Shown: positions 1-11,469 of the stretch, piece by piece
How positions within the stretch are numbered: position 1 is the first letter of the stretch
Layout of the letters: every line of letters starts with the position of its first letter
The notes under the pieces: model-generated
What the model was told of the DNA's origin: nothing
Seen by the model: only the letters and a program-made list of their open reading frames with translations
Databases searched by the model: none
Assembly (NCBI GenBank): GCA_036172245.1
Contig: JAYWIR010000001.1
Location: forward strand, 8,184,001 to 8,248,000
DNA: 64,000 nucleotides
Source of the DNA: Raillietiella orientalis
Taxonomy: Eukaryota
Direction: 5' to 3'
Translations under genes and position numbers: made by a program

Positions 1-520
1 ACAACGAGGACAGATGCCTGAGAGGGTAGCCAAATCCAGTTCTCCGGAGAAGGTTGCGCGGCAGCAAAGAAAGCAGTCCTGCACTGCCGACACATCGCTG
101 GAGGATATGGCGAGCCGGAGCACACCAGTGAGTAGATCACAATTTCTTACATAGGGAGAGAAGTTCAGTCTTCTGGATGGTCAGGATGCCCAAGCCAGAG
201 TCCTGGCGTGGCGCCACCAAATTTTTGAGGCGAACCCGGGAGCGTGCAGCGCACCACAGGACTTTGCGTAGGAGACGCTGCGCCCGGAGTTTCACCAAAT
301 AGGGAGGCGGGCAAACGAAAAACAAGGGGGGGAGGAGGGGGCAAGAAAAGAGTACCATATGCATGCCCTTTCCGGCAAGACGAACTTGCTTTCCAAGAAC
401 GGGCCGAGAGCCATCTCTGCCTTTTGAAGACAGGCCGACCACGCCTCTGAAGAGCAGAAGTCGCCCAACGGAACGCCAAGCTATTTGAAGTACCTGACCG
501 TGCGGGTCCCCAGGACGATC
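1..520 (-). mobile_element. L1/Tx1-like LINE fragment (RT C-terminal/thumb region), degenerate
   Basis: Minus strand near 470-500 reads TVRYFK*LGVPLG (YLG motif). The sequence is visibly homologous to 14000-14210 (shadow ORFs DRPGDPHGQVLQIAWRSVG vs DPPGDHHGQVLQVPWRAVG). Confidence 0.65.
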
Positions 521-524
521 CACG

Positions 525-3372
525 CGCTGTGGAGGGTTGGGTTCGGAGCACCCTCAAGGACTTTCGCTCCCTACACAGAGGTATCGCGGCGGTTCGGGTC
601 ACTATGGCGAACCGCCGATCGCTACCCGCGAGGCTAAGGGTGAACAACACGGTCGTTCACCTTTGGTACGCTGGCAAGCCTCGCGCGTGCGAGGGATGCG
701 GTGAACAGGGGCATTGTCCCAAAAAATGCCCCTCAGGGAAATGCCGGTATTGCAAGGACAAGGGACACGATTTCAAAAATTGTCCTAAACTTGCGAGGAA
801 GAAGGCATCCGCAAATCTAAAACGCGGAAAAGAAATCGCGGAAGAAAAAAAGAACGTCGCGAACAAAATAAAAGACATTCGGAAGAAGTTTGGCAAGAAA
901 GCGGAAGCAGAAACGAGGAAAGAGCCACCGTCCTCTCCCGCCCCGAAACGACGCGCGTCCCAGAGAAGGCCCAGCAACTGTCGCGGAAGACACACGCGGA
1001 AGCGCGGTGCAACGGCCGAACAAGACAAAAGCCGATGGACCCTCGGCCTCCGGGGTAGTAGATGTAGGAGCAGCATCGAAGTGACGGGAAAACCGCTGCC
1101 CCTACTGCGCCCTCTCTTCCGATGGTCACCACGCCAGAAAAGAAGGGTGCATACGCCCGGGCGACGAAGGCCGGGAAACGGCGATCCGTCGCGAGCTGCC
1201 CCGCCAAGGGAAGCAATCAGCCGTGCCAACGCACCCTCGACGACCGCTGCCCTACCCCGACTGCTGGGGAACAGGGGACGACCCGAGGAACAGGCGGCGA
1301 CAGCTTCAAAGACCTTGTCCCCACGCTTCCTAGTCGCGCATGCAGCGCCTCGCGCGGTGGTGATGAAAACTAAGGAAATTCCCGAGCCGAAAGGCGCGGA
1401 AGTTTCCGAGGAATGCGGCGAGGGATGGACGGTTGTGGTAAGAAGGAAGAACAAAATTCCAAAAAATTCTCCACAAAGTCCGTCCGTCACGCTCTGCAGA
1501 GCAAGGAAACGACGCATCAGGCAAAACACATGCTGGAAGCCTCCACTTGCAGTGGCGAAAGCCGCCGTCGACACTGCGCGTAGTGCGAAAACTGCCCAAC
1601 GAAAGGGCAAGCAGAAATCCGCTAGCCCTCAGGATGCCACGAGGCCGGTCAAGCGCTTGTCCATCCCACGCCGGTCCGATTGCGACACGGAATACGACTC
1701 TGCCGCCGAGAGGCGTATCACCCGGTCGGAAGCGAATGCTCGGCGCGCGAAAGCGTATAGGCGCGATACGCACTGCGCTAAAGAGCTCGGGCAGTTGTCC
1801 GAAGTAGGAACGCTGGCCTTCTTGCAGCACGGTGGAGGCCGGTGGCACGACCGCGCCCTCCAGCCACTTGTGCTGCTTGCCGTCAGCTCACCGGAGAAAG
1901 CGAGCAAGAAGCCGCCATCTTCGCTGCCGTGATGCGGGGAATCGCGTCTTCTCGTCGTCTGTCGGTCGCGTGTGGGAACGTGAACGGTCTGCAGAACGAC
2001 GTGAAGTGGCGATTAGTAGCCAACGCCCTGCGCCCGCTCGACCTCGCTCTCCTGCAGGAGATATGCAAAATCTGCGACGAGCAGGCAACCGAAATCGAAG
2101 AACGCGCTGGCGGAGCGTCACTTTGGCTCGGCGGCGACGCACGTTCGTGCGGAGTCGCGTTCCTCGCAAGAGCAAAATTGGCAGAAGCGGTGCGTAGCGT
2201 TCGTTTCGTCAACGACGGACGGGTGGGCGAACTTGTTGTCAACTGGTCGAGTCCATCGATCTCGTCGTCACGAAGCGTCACGAACGCGCCGAGTGGCTCT
2301 CACTACCTCGCCCAGGGAACAGAATTTTTTTGGCGACGTGAAGAGCCACGGACTCAGCATCTTCGGGCCCCTGTTGGCGCAGGGGACCTCGTCGCCAGGG
2401 ACTTCAACGTCCGCATGCTTTCGGACCAATGGAGCTGCCGGAGGGAGCGCTCGCTGGCCGTCGAGATGTGTGCGTCAGTGCGTGCTGCCAACTTGACGGT
2501 CGACGTTCCTGGGCTAGAAAAATCGCTCCATCACTTCTTCCTCGACAAGAACCCCGAGAAACTAGTGGTGCCTTCCTATTGTGTGGACGGTTCGCTGTTC
2601 CCTCTTGCTTGGAAACAAGCCGTACCGCTCTGCCCTTACTGGGGATTCCAGTGCAACGAGCGATGGCAACGTGTTTCTGGAGGGAACTGTGGAAGATGCG
2701 GGCGACGGAGTCGATCCCACACCTTTTCATCGACTGCAGTATACTCCAAAGACTCTGGCGAAAGCTGACAACAGCACTCTCGCATCGGACGGATAGCGCA
2801 AGGGACTTGCCCGCGCCGGTTCTTCGTGCCGAGCGGACTGTCGAGAAGCGCAGTGATTGCATCCATGGATTGCATCCGCGCCATCTTTTCTGCCCGACAG
2901 GCGCTGATGATCAACGGTCAGCGGCAGAAGATCATCATGGAGGCTGACACCTACATCAAGGCGGCTGCCAGATGGTCTCATCTGCAGATGAGATCAAAGC
3001 GGAGATCACCGACATCCACCCCCGGTTTACAGACGGTTTGCAACGGCGAACCCGCTGATCCTTGTCCCCACGCTCCCTATATTTATTTATTTTGTGTCTG
3101 AACATTCGTTCCCTCAGGATCCTTGACTTTTTGGTGCTTTTTGTTTTTCCCCGTTGAAAACGAAACTCCACCAAAGATCGCTTCCCAAGGCTGCCCTCCC
3201 GTTTTCTTATAGCTTTGTGTTGCTGTCCCTTTGTCCTCCTCCAGCCCGTTTCGAACTGTTCGTTTCCACGGTCTGCATGCCGGTGGCTCTTCTTCTTTTC
3301 CGTTGTTTCGATGGTTGGCGACTTTGTCCTCGATTGGTTCACAAATGAACGCCCAAGCGTGACTGGCTGATC
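525..3372 (+). mobile_element. L1/Tx1-like non-LTR retrotransposon copy: 5'-truncated ORF1 (2 CCHC knuckles), APE endonuclease N-terminus, RT absent, ORF2 C-terminus and 3' UTR
   Basis: ORF 529-1932 has CEGCGEQGHCPKKC and CRYCKDKGHDFKNC. From 1950: LSVACGNVNGLQ..LDLALLQE..SCGVAFL..DGRV..DFN (APE motifs). At ~2700: TESIPHLFIDC..LW (C-terminal zinc finger), then YIKAAARWSHL and a pyrimidine-rich 3' UTR. Confidence 0.8.
529..1932 (+). CDS. LINE ORF1 (gag-like, zinc-knuckle nucleic-acid-binding protein), 5'-truncated, probably non-functional
   Basis: 467-codon open frame with LPARLRVNNTVVHLWYAGKPRAC followed by two CX2CX4HX4C knuckles and a basic low-complexity tail. Confidence 0.6.
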   Translation: MEGWVRSTLKDFRSLHRGIAAVRVTMANRRSLPARLRVNNTVVHLWYAGKPRACEGCGEQGHCPKKCPSGKCRYCKDKGHDFKNCPKLARKKASANLKRGKEIAEEKKNVANKIKDIRKKFGKKAEAETRKEPPSSPAPKRRASQRRPSNCRGRHTRKRGATAEQDKSRWTLGLRGSRCRSSIEVTGKPLPLLRPLFRWSPRQKRRVHTPGRRRPGNGDPSRAAPPREAISRANAPSTTAALPRLLGNRGRPEEQAATASKTLSPRFLVAHAAPRAVVMKTKEIPEPKGAEVSEECGEGWTVVVRRKNKIPKNSPQSPSVTLCRARKRRIRQNTCWKPPLAVAKAAVDTARSAKTAQRKGKQKSASPQDATRPVKRLSIPRRSDCDTEYDSAAERRITRSEANARRAKAYRRDTHCAKELGQLSEVGTLAFLQHGGGRWHDRALQPLVLLAVSSPEKASKKPPSSLP

Positions 3373-4050
3373 ATCTTGTTGAAATGCACACCTTCCAGAG
3401 CCACAGTCTCGTGATCCACGCATTTGCCTGCATAGATAGTTCTCGTTCCCAATTATCTCGCTGAATGCCTAGTAAGATCCACATTCACCTTGTTCCTCAG
3501 CTGGAGTCAGCACGTCACCCTGCTCCCTCCAATCCACAGATCCAGGTAGGTCGTCAACACTTAGGTATGTCGGTGATTCCTCTCCGGAACGTTCTTCCGT
3601 TGTTCGAAGACTGCTCAAGATGACATTTCTTCCATGGGTTTTCTGCAAAAAAGAATCCGCACGAAAGGAAATCCTGGGTGGCTCCACGGTGCCGTTCACA
3701 ATCGCAAAGGCTGTCGTGAGAATGCGGTGCAGAGCATGGCAGCCCTGCCACAGTAAATGGAAAAAACACTGCCGCGACAGGGTGCATTTTCTGGGATTAC
3801 CCTTATTTTCTGAGATGGAAGTACTGAGAAAAATACAGATCCATATGTCCAGATGTACGCTCATTCGCCGCATCCGTGCATTCCAAAGGCATCGTTCTTC
3901 CCGTCCTAAGGGTCCCCTCAGTTTAGGACTCACGATTCCCGCGAAATTGCTGACAGACATCCGGAAACTGACTTTGCTTCCGTCGTTGCGTTCGTCGAGT
4001 AACGCTGGTTGTTCAGAAACACGGATCGCCTTTGCCGTTCTCTGGCAGAA
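3372..4050 (-). pseudogene. Cathepsin L-like (papain family C1A) pseudogene fragment
   Basis: Propeptide-like segment ERNDGSKVSFRMSVSNFAGI followed by a gtgagt donor at 3933. Mature N-terminus DDLPGSVDWREQGDVLTPAEEQGECGSY*AFS (canonical QGxCGSCWAFS). After a ~49-nt intron remnant comes TVALEGVHFNK (cf. TGALEGQHFRK), which abuts a LINE 3' end. Confidence 0.75.
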
Positions 4051-5949
4051 TTGTGGTACGATTTTTGGTGCGTGTGCGGAAACCAGAAAACAGACGTTGC
4101 ATTTCACAGCCCTCTGGGAAGCGAGGACGCTCGGAAAGTACCATCCATCCGTACCCTATTGTCAAACGGCAGGCCTACGGCGGTTCCACCCGGCTTGTTA
4201 GAGGGGCATCCGTCCTCACCGGTACGAACGCTGACGATCGTCCCCTAATCCTTACCACGTCCCTAAGCTGGGTGCGGGAGCTCGGCTCTCCACTGTTTGC
4301 TTCTTTGCCTCTCCTCTTGCGGCAGCAACGTCTCCCATGCGCAGTCCGACCGCCGAATGGGTTCCCGAATATGGAAGAGACAGAAATGTTACTGTTCCGC
4401 CCGTCATAGAGAATGGTATCGGCTTCAGAGGCAGCGCGCTCTTCTATACGTGAATGCGTGCGGTTGCCATTGAGCTTTCTTCGCAGCATGCGTTCCGTGA
4501 ACTGATGCATCCTCATGGAAACGACAATCCGACAGTCTCACTCTCGGACGGTCGTTTTCCATTCGTCTAGTCCGTCCGCATGGGTAGTTGACCGCTCTTG
4601 ACATTCTCAAGTTGAAGTGACCGCATTGCCCAGCACTCGGTGAGAGGCTCGCTCACCTTAAAGCACAACCACTGAACTCGGGAAGCGAATGCAATGGTTG
4701 CCAATGGAGGGGAGACTCCAGCAACATGGCGGCAGAGTATATCACTTTCCCAAGGAAGCCCTGGCTGCAGGGAGACCTTTCTTCTGAATTGGTCTGCAGT
4801 TTCTGCTCATTGATATCATTTCCGATGTCGGAGACACACGCCCATCAGTGCGAAGGGTTCCCTGCGAGAGCATTATTTCCAAATTTGAAAGGAGTTGATG
4901 CCCAAAACTGTCGGAATCCGAGTCACGGCTTTCACGCCAGAAATGCACGATAAAAGGGATGCTTCGTGGCGCATTCACCTGATGCCATTTCTCGTGCAGG
5001 GTTGATGCATTCCCATCTCCTTGGCTTGCTGCAATCTTTCTGGCGCCCGCGTGGCGGCGCGAGTTCTTCAGGGAGCAGCGTTCCCGAAGGGCGGCAACAG
5101 AGAAAGTTTGCCATCCGAGACGAGAATTCGTGGGTATGTTCGAAGCGGGGAGCTCTTGGACAGTTCCTAATAGGAGATGCAACCGAACAGGACCTGAATT
5201 CTCCATCATTCTGCTGCTGATGCGATAACCTCCTCGCTGCAAATATCTACTGACCTTCGTGGGAGATCACGCGAGGCCTTTGGACGAAGCGAAATGCAAA
5301 ATGCACACTCTGGAGAGTGCACTGGAAAGGTGGGCAAGGAAACAGGAAGGTTTCTGGCACCTGCATCCACCCTACGGGGAAATTCAGCGGTAGGATGCAT
5401 TGATTCCTTGATGTACTCACGTGAGCAGGCAGAAGAGCCGTACTTTCCACACTGCTTCCCAGATGCGTTCTTCAGGCTCGAGGAATGATCTCAGGTTTTT
5501 GCTCTCGAGCGTGTGGATTGAGATTTCACAAGGCTTTTCACTGACTCTGGGACTTTGGGCGTCGAGGTTATTCTCTGCTTGTGAATGCTTTCGGCTTGTC
5601 TGCCTTGTTAACCGGGCAAGTGATCGTCGATCCGCGCCTTCCAGTTCTTCTCTGTTCCACTCGATGCAGTCGTGATCGGTGTTTTGCCACCTTTGCGGAT
5701 TGCCTTCTGCTTTTGTGGTAACTCTCTTGACAGCAGCTGGTTGCCTCTTATTCGCAGTGGGCTTTATCTTCGTAGTGGGTTTGCTATACTGCCTAGTAGT
5801 ACAAGATTCATGTAGTATAAGGGAAAAGTTCGTGGTTTTTCCCTCTCTCGCGCAGAGGCAGGAATGAACCCACGGAATGCGAGGAAAGACGCATTTACTT
5901 CCTTTGGTCGTTGAGGTTGCTACGGGTGCTTCGGTACATGATGTCTCCA

Positions 5950-7236
5950 TGCAGAAAGCACGAATCGAAATAGGCTCGTTGTCGGCAATCTACGCCTGGA
6001 TTTCTTTCTCCAGGAGAGGCCACCTCGCAGCCGTCCACATGCAGGCGGCTGCCGTGCAAGTGACCTCCCTTCGCTGCGCGCGCGAGTCTGCAATACGTGG
6101 CGGGCAGTGACAGCAGCGCGTCGTTCAGACCGCTGAGCCAATCGAGAGTTCCGTCGGGCACGAAGAATCGCCGCGGCAGATTACGGAATCAACCAAGTTT
6201 GAGGCACTGTGGTCATCAACTTCCTCGAATCGTTGCCTTGGTGGAGGAGAACGCCTGGATTTCCCGACTCCTCGAGAACAACTCCGTCTGAATGCAGGGG
6301 TTTGTTGGGACATGGGGAAAGACCTACGGCGCGAGCGGGAGGGCTTCGTCTGCCTGCGACGAGGCAGGAACGCTCGTCATTCTCTGCGGGAGATCGTGAT
6401 CTACTCGGAACAAGATGCTGAGGGCTTTGCTCATCCTCATCACTCCAGTGCTGCTTCCCTAAGGGACAGTGACCTTCCAGTAAGGCGGGAGGTGTTTTGC
6501 TGCATTGCAGCAACAAAGATACTTCCGGGTGCGTGGATGTCACGAGCGCTGCGACTGCGAGTGTCTCGCCTAAAGGGCTTCTACGCACGGACAAACTCAT
6601 CGCAATCTCTCCAGAGGAGGCGAAATGGCCTTTAGCGTGCGGAAACAGTGGCACCTTCCCTCTCAGTTGGCTGGAATTGCTAGAGATGCATCGGGGAATC
6701 CCCTGCAATGCACGCCTTCACCACTTGACAGAAGAATTGTGGATGCTAGATGTAGGGAGTGCAGGGGAAAAGACTCTTTCGCACCTCCTGGTGGGCTGTG
6801 CCGCCCTTTCACTCCTTTGGGATGGTCAATAGACGACCCTAAGAATTCCGTCGAGCGGCTCCATTGGCGTCATGAAACGCTTCTTCGCGAGTGGAGCCGC
6901 ACTGCCGTAAGCCGCGTCCTTCGCATCTCTCTCGAGACTTTGAGCAATAGTAACGGCCTGAACTACAGGGAGCAGAGGCCTGCGTGGAAAGGACACCATC
7001 CAATGGACAATTGTTTTGAGGAAATGGGACCACGAGATGGCTTTACCTGGGCGACGTACCGACCGAACTTGTGAGCATCCTGGACAGAATTCAAGGGACG
7101 CCACGCAGCAGAGGGGTTTTTTCCGCGGTTCCTCTCCTCGTCCCGAGAAAACCCTTTCCTTTTTGCTTTGTTTATTTGTTTTTCCTGATTTTCTTCCCCC
7201 TCCCCTGCCGAAGTGAACATCGCAGGTCTTGGCAGA
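5950..7236 (+). mobile_element. L1/Tx1-like LINE 3' fragment, highly degenerate
   Basis: EKTLSHLLVGC..LLW zinc-finger remnant near 6770-6820, TTRWLYL C-terminal motif near 7030-7050, T-rich 3' UTR and the family 3'-end motif at 7211-7236. Confidence 0.6.
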
Positions 7237-7509
7237 CCCAAAGCACGTTGTAAATTCAAGTGTACTACTACAAAATACTATTTTCGTTTGTTCTTTTATA
7301 TTTATTGTTATGATTAAATCCTCGGCCAATCCTGATGAGAAATTACGCTTGTGCAACGCAGAAGTCTCTTAAGGAAGCGCCAATATACTTGATGTACCTG
7401 CTTGTAGGGAACCCCACGCGGATCCATTCGGAATGCACCTTCCCCTTACAACGCACCAAATGACACTATCGTGGACTTGGAACTGGTGAGTTCCTGAGAC
7501 GGATCAACC

Positions 7510-7720
7510 TAAGGAAGCCCTCAAGCCTAGCCACAGGGATAGACATGGGCAGCAGGAGTAGCAGATCGACCACATAGGCGGCCACGGCCTGCGTGCTCAA
7601 GCAGGAGCAGGGAGGTCGACCAAGGTCTGCCTTCAGGCCATCAGCACCAACTCAAAGATGCTGACGACCAGACGCATAAGTTGTTTCCCTGCTGTCCTGA
7701 TGACGCTGCAAACGGAAACT
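7510..7720 (-). mobile_element. Short RT-core fragment of the same LINE family
   Basis: Minus strand reads AVAAYVVDLLLLL (degenerate YADD) and SIFELVL, matching the 14330-14460 copy (AVVAIVDGLLLLL, NFSEVVL). Confidence 0.5.
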
Positions 7721-8729
7721 CCGTAAACGTGGCGGACTCTGGAAAAAGTGCTGGTGAATTCATGCCGCTCACACGAGCGCAAGTAGCACAGCAGTAATGT
7801 CGGTAGTCCGAGGCGTTCGAGGAGGTGCACAGGGACATCTTCATTGGCACAGTCGAATGCCTTGTGGGGATGACCGCGAACGCCAAGCCTACCAGCGTTT
7901 CCTCCGGGCGTTGACACGTGACCTGGCCGTCGGCTATAACTCTCGCTGCTGCGCGACCTTCGAGCGCAACGCGATCTTCAAGATGGAATCCGATGCGCGC
8001 GAAAAGGAGTTTACATCCGTCGACCTCCCTGGAACAGCGTGCGTCTTCTCTGGGCTTAGTAACGACTCTGAGATTCTTCCTCTCCGCACTCTGCACAATT
8101 GAGTTCTGCACAGTTAAGTTCAATCTGATGCCTGAATTCCTGACGTTAGCGGACCTTGCTGAGCGCTGCTGTACGATCGTGGATCTTTCGGAAAGACTTT
8201 ATATCTCCGCGTCGTTAAACGGACTTGAGCATTTCGACCATGAAGCGAAACGTGCTGCGAATGCAGTTCCGAATGCTGCCACTCGGTTCCAAGCTGTGGA
8301 ATTTTCCGATGTGTGCACCTGCACGCATTAACCTGCGAAGTGCGCCAGCAGAAAAGGACTGCTCTTGCTGCTGCCGGACATCCTGTAATCCCCCAAGGCG
8401 ACTCGCCTCGCTCCTGGAAGCCCGCTGACCCACCCCCTGTCACGCGAAGAGCTTCGATTGAATCAACAGAAGGAACGATGTAGCCTAACCGGGCTTCCTC
8501 CTTTTGAATTATCCCAGAAGCACTTTGTGCTTTGCGTTCTTTCCACAAACTTACATTGGGAAAGGTCCTTCAGGACTGCATGAGGTGGGCTCGTCTAGCT
8601 GCCACACCCCTAGCCGCGGCGTTTTGAGCCCTCAGGGCAAGAAACGACAGGTGCTAATCGCTGTGGAGAGAGGGAAGGTAGAGTACTGCACTGGCGAACA
8701 AACTTCTAGGTGACTTGAACGCGCAGAAT

Positions 8730-8962
8730 TGTTACGGTCACCGCGCGTCATGAAGGAAAGGGATCCCTTAGGTTTGCATGCGGACACGCTTGGTCGTTTG
8801 TTGGAATAGAGATTAACTGCAAATCAGGGAGGAGAGGACAATACAATCAAAACAAAGGGGGTATTGTGGTCTTTGATTTCAAAGCTTCCTTCTATCTAAA
8901 TGTGGCTGTGGATTGTGGAGTTCTCGCTGAGGTATTCTTCGGGCAGGTGAGCCCATCCTACA
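8730..8962. mobile_element. Possible solo LTR
   Basis: 233-bp segment bounded by TGTTAC...CCTACA, with an AATAAA-like aatcaaag followed by a T-rich tract on the minus strand. No target-site duplication is visible. Confidence 0.3.
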
Positions 8963-8989
8963 GCCTTCCTAATTAGGACGGCTACCATG

Positions 8990-10193
8990 CTGACAGGATG
9001 CTTTCGCTGCGAACGAAATTCCATCGCTGAGCAGGATGCGACGATGGCGCGCAGGCATGGCGCCTGACGTCATCCCGCCTCACGTGAAGAAGCGGCGCAG
9101 CAAGTCCGAAGCTGTGCACTCTGCGTGAAGGAGCGTCGAAGGGAGTCGCCTCCACATGCCCTCGAAACCGCTGCAGTCCAGCCAGAGGCGAGGGAACGAT
9201 ATCGCCGCCCTGCACCTGGAACAGTTCAGGGAGACAACTCCCCCGGAAACCAGGTGTCTGTGCTGGTTGCCACGGCGATCTTCAGTTTCCAACAAAATAG
9301 GAGCATGCAGGTGCTTCCAAACAGGCCAGCACAAGTTCTTCGGGAGACGCAAAGAAAAGGACGCTTCGCCAAAGGAGTCGTTTCGCCCAGGAACGAGCAG
9401 TGGGGTCGACCACCGACGCGTTCTTCTTGCAGCCGACAAGGAGTTTCTCGACTCCTTCATTTCTGCAAGTTTGACTCCTGGCGGTGCGTTGTTGTCACTG
9501 TTTTACCTAAAAACACAAGAGACTGCTTCGAGATGGAGGGAACCTCCTGGTGCTGCTTCCGATTAACCTCGTCTGAACAATCTGCGTTCCTCTTGAGGCG
9601 GAAACAGGATGCCCTGCGGTTTGTGCACTCGGGTGTCCAGTGCAACTGCATAGGCACCCGGTTTAAGAAATGCTTCCACCGACACGTTCTCGCGCCTGTT
9701 GATGAGCTGCAGTGTCTTCCAGAAACTTTGGTGCTGAATGGCTGGAGCGCCCCTCCACCCAAGGACGCCTCTAGGGATCTGCTGACGTGATTCCTCGCTC
9801 CGTGAACAGCTCCAGGAAAACGCCGTGATTGCAGCCGCGTGTTGTGTTCCTGCCATCGTCGCAGCCCGCCGTTTGTTTTGGTGCCTCGGGCGCAGCATCG
9901 GGAGGTGACCCGCGCGGCAGCCTCCTCCACGAGGACGGTTGCGAGTTGGTCTCACCTTAAACAAGAAGTTGGATATGAGCAGCATTCCGAACCCTGTATC
10001 TATCCTCTCTTTATCGATTTATCTTTCGTTTCTTTCGCTTCGGACAGCCCCGGACCTGCATGCTGCTTTACCCGCATCCCCTTGAAAATTGTTTGTTTGC
10101 TCGCTTGTTTTGCTTCTCTTTCCGGAATAGTGTCTCCAGTGTCTCCCCTTTTTCTTTTTGTCAAATAAACATCCCGAGACAGCTGGATGAAAA
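8990..10193 (+). mobile_element. L1/Tx1-like LINE 3' fragment
   Basis: TDTFSRLLMSCSVFQKLW (zinc-finger remnant) near 9680-9730, TRTVASWSHLKQE near 9930-9966, 3' UTR ending AATAAACATCCC...CTGGATGAAAA. Confidence 0.65.
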
Positions 10194-10214
10194 TCCGAGA
10201 GTCTCAGTCTCAGT

Positions 10215-10251
10215 CTCAGTCATGTGACTCCTGCAGAGTCACATAACTGAG
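10215..10251. repeat. Inverted repeat (16-bp stem, 1 mismatch, 5-nt loop) preceded by (GTCTCA)3
   Basis: CTCAGTCATGTGACTC-ctgca-GAGTCACATAACTGAG. Confidence 0.85.
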
Positions 10252-11469
10252 TTGTTTTCTTACGTGTTGTCAAGCTGACTTGAACCCGGGCGCGCGCGAC
10301 GTCGGCAGGTAAGGGATTGCTTCATCCGTCTAACAGAATGTGCGGGCCGATGGCAAAAGTTTCGGCGTGTTTCCACTTTCATTTTGGACATTCAGAGAGC
10401 CCCCTAAAAGGAAAAATACAACTTTGCCTGCATCATTGCAGACACTTACCTTAGCAAGATTGCAGAATCGCTCGCTTCCTGCACATGGACTGCGAAATCC
10501 ACAGGGCGACTGCTGGAGTTGTTAATTCGAGAAAAGGTTCAAGAAGAAAGCTCCTGTTCATCGTCCGAAAAACAAACGCGGAGTAACGTTCGATCGGGAT
10601 GTTCGCGGTGTTCGCTGCCTGGCTGGAAGGCAAGTCCGAGAAACGAGAAGTGCGTTTGTTTGTTTTTTCCCCATTCTTTGTCTTGCCTCTACCACTCTTT
10701 GGAATCTGCGTCGGCGATTTCCCAAAATAATTTTGGCACCGGTGGAACGATAATCTGTTGCGAGCATTGAAGCGCACATCTCAGCATAAGGAACGAACCC
10801 GGGTTCGCTGCCTGATGGAGATTCTGGATTGCGACTCGCCCAGGAGGACGCCGCTTTTTGGCTCCTCGGAGGAACGCCGTAGGAGAGGCAGCGGTTTCGA
10901 AGAACAGGATTCTCATCCGCGGCTGCATCAGCAAGAACACAAGGCACGACAACAGCTTGCAAATGGCAGTTCTCAGGGCAGGCAAGGCACGTGGTACACC
11001 CTTGGTTGGCGGCCGTGCGACCGCAGTGTTCGCGCGTCTGGTCAAGCGCTGAAGGTTCGAATCCCTATCGTGGAGGATCAAAGTCGAAAAAAAGAGATGC
11101 GTCCCGATGCAATGGAAGTGGGGGGCATCAGCCCCTACGAAATCATCCTATGCGGGAGCAAGAGAATGGAGCACCGTGACTGCAGCACCATCAGCGGCAG
11201 CCATGGCCGAATCGAATGCTCAACGGGCCCAGGGCAACAAGTTCTCCCTGTAGGTGGTGTGACTGTGGGATGCAATGCCCGCTGCTTCGCCAGGGTGCTG
11301 AGCAATTTTAGATTCTCGAAAGAAGACCATGAAGACCTTCCCATGCGATCCTGGGGCCTGCACGTTGAGCTGACCCGCAAGAATGCAGTGCTAGCCCAAC
11401 GCTTGCTGAATACCTTTATTACGGTGTAAGGCCGCAAGACGTTCCCTGCGACGGAGGATCGCTCCGTAG

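Noticed and set aside
4440..4530. SMRMHQFTERMLRRKLNG, faintly like a second cathepsin propeptide piece
   Set aside because: Similarity is too weak and out of order with the 3372-4050 fragment.
7331..7345. CTGATGA-GAAA (also similar cores near 23903, 41422 and 52556)
   Set aside because: No supporting helices; expected by chance in 64 kb.
7690..7745. Hammerhead-like core CTGATGA-cgctgcaaacg-GAAAC
   Set aside because: Stem II is only 2 bp and starts with C, stem III is mismatched next to the core, there is no stem I, and it lies antisense in an RT remnant.
7797..8331. Two overlapping ORFs with protein-like composition
   Set aside because: No recognisable motif or splice structure; probably TE debris and cannot be assigned.
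10758..11429. 223-aa ORF in GC-rich sequence
   Set aside because: No domain recognised and it is flanked by LINE fragments; likely an unassigned repeat remnant.
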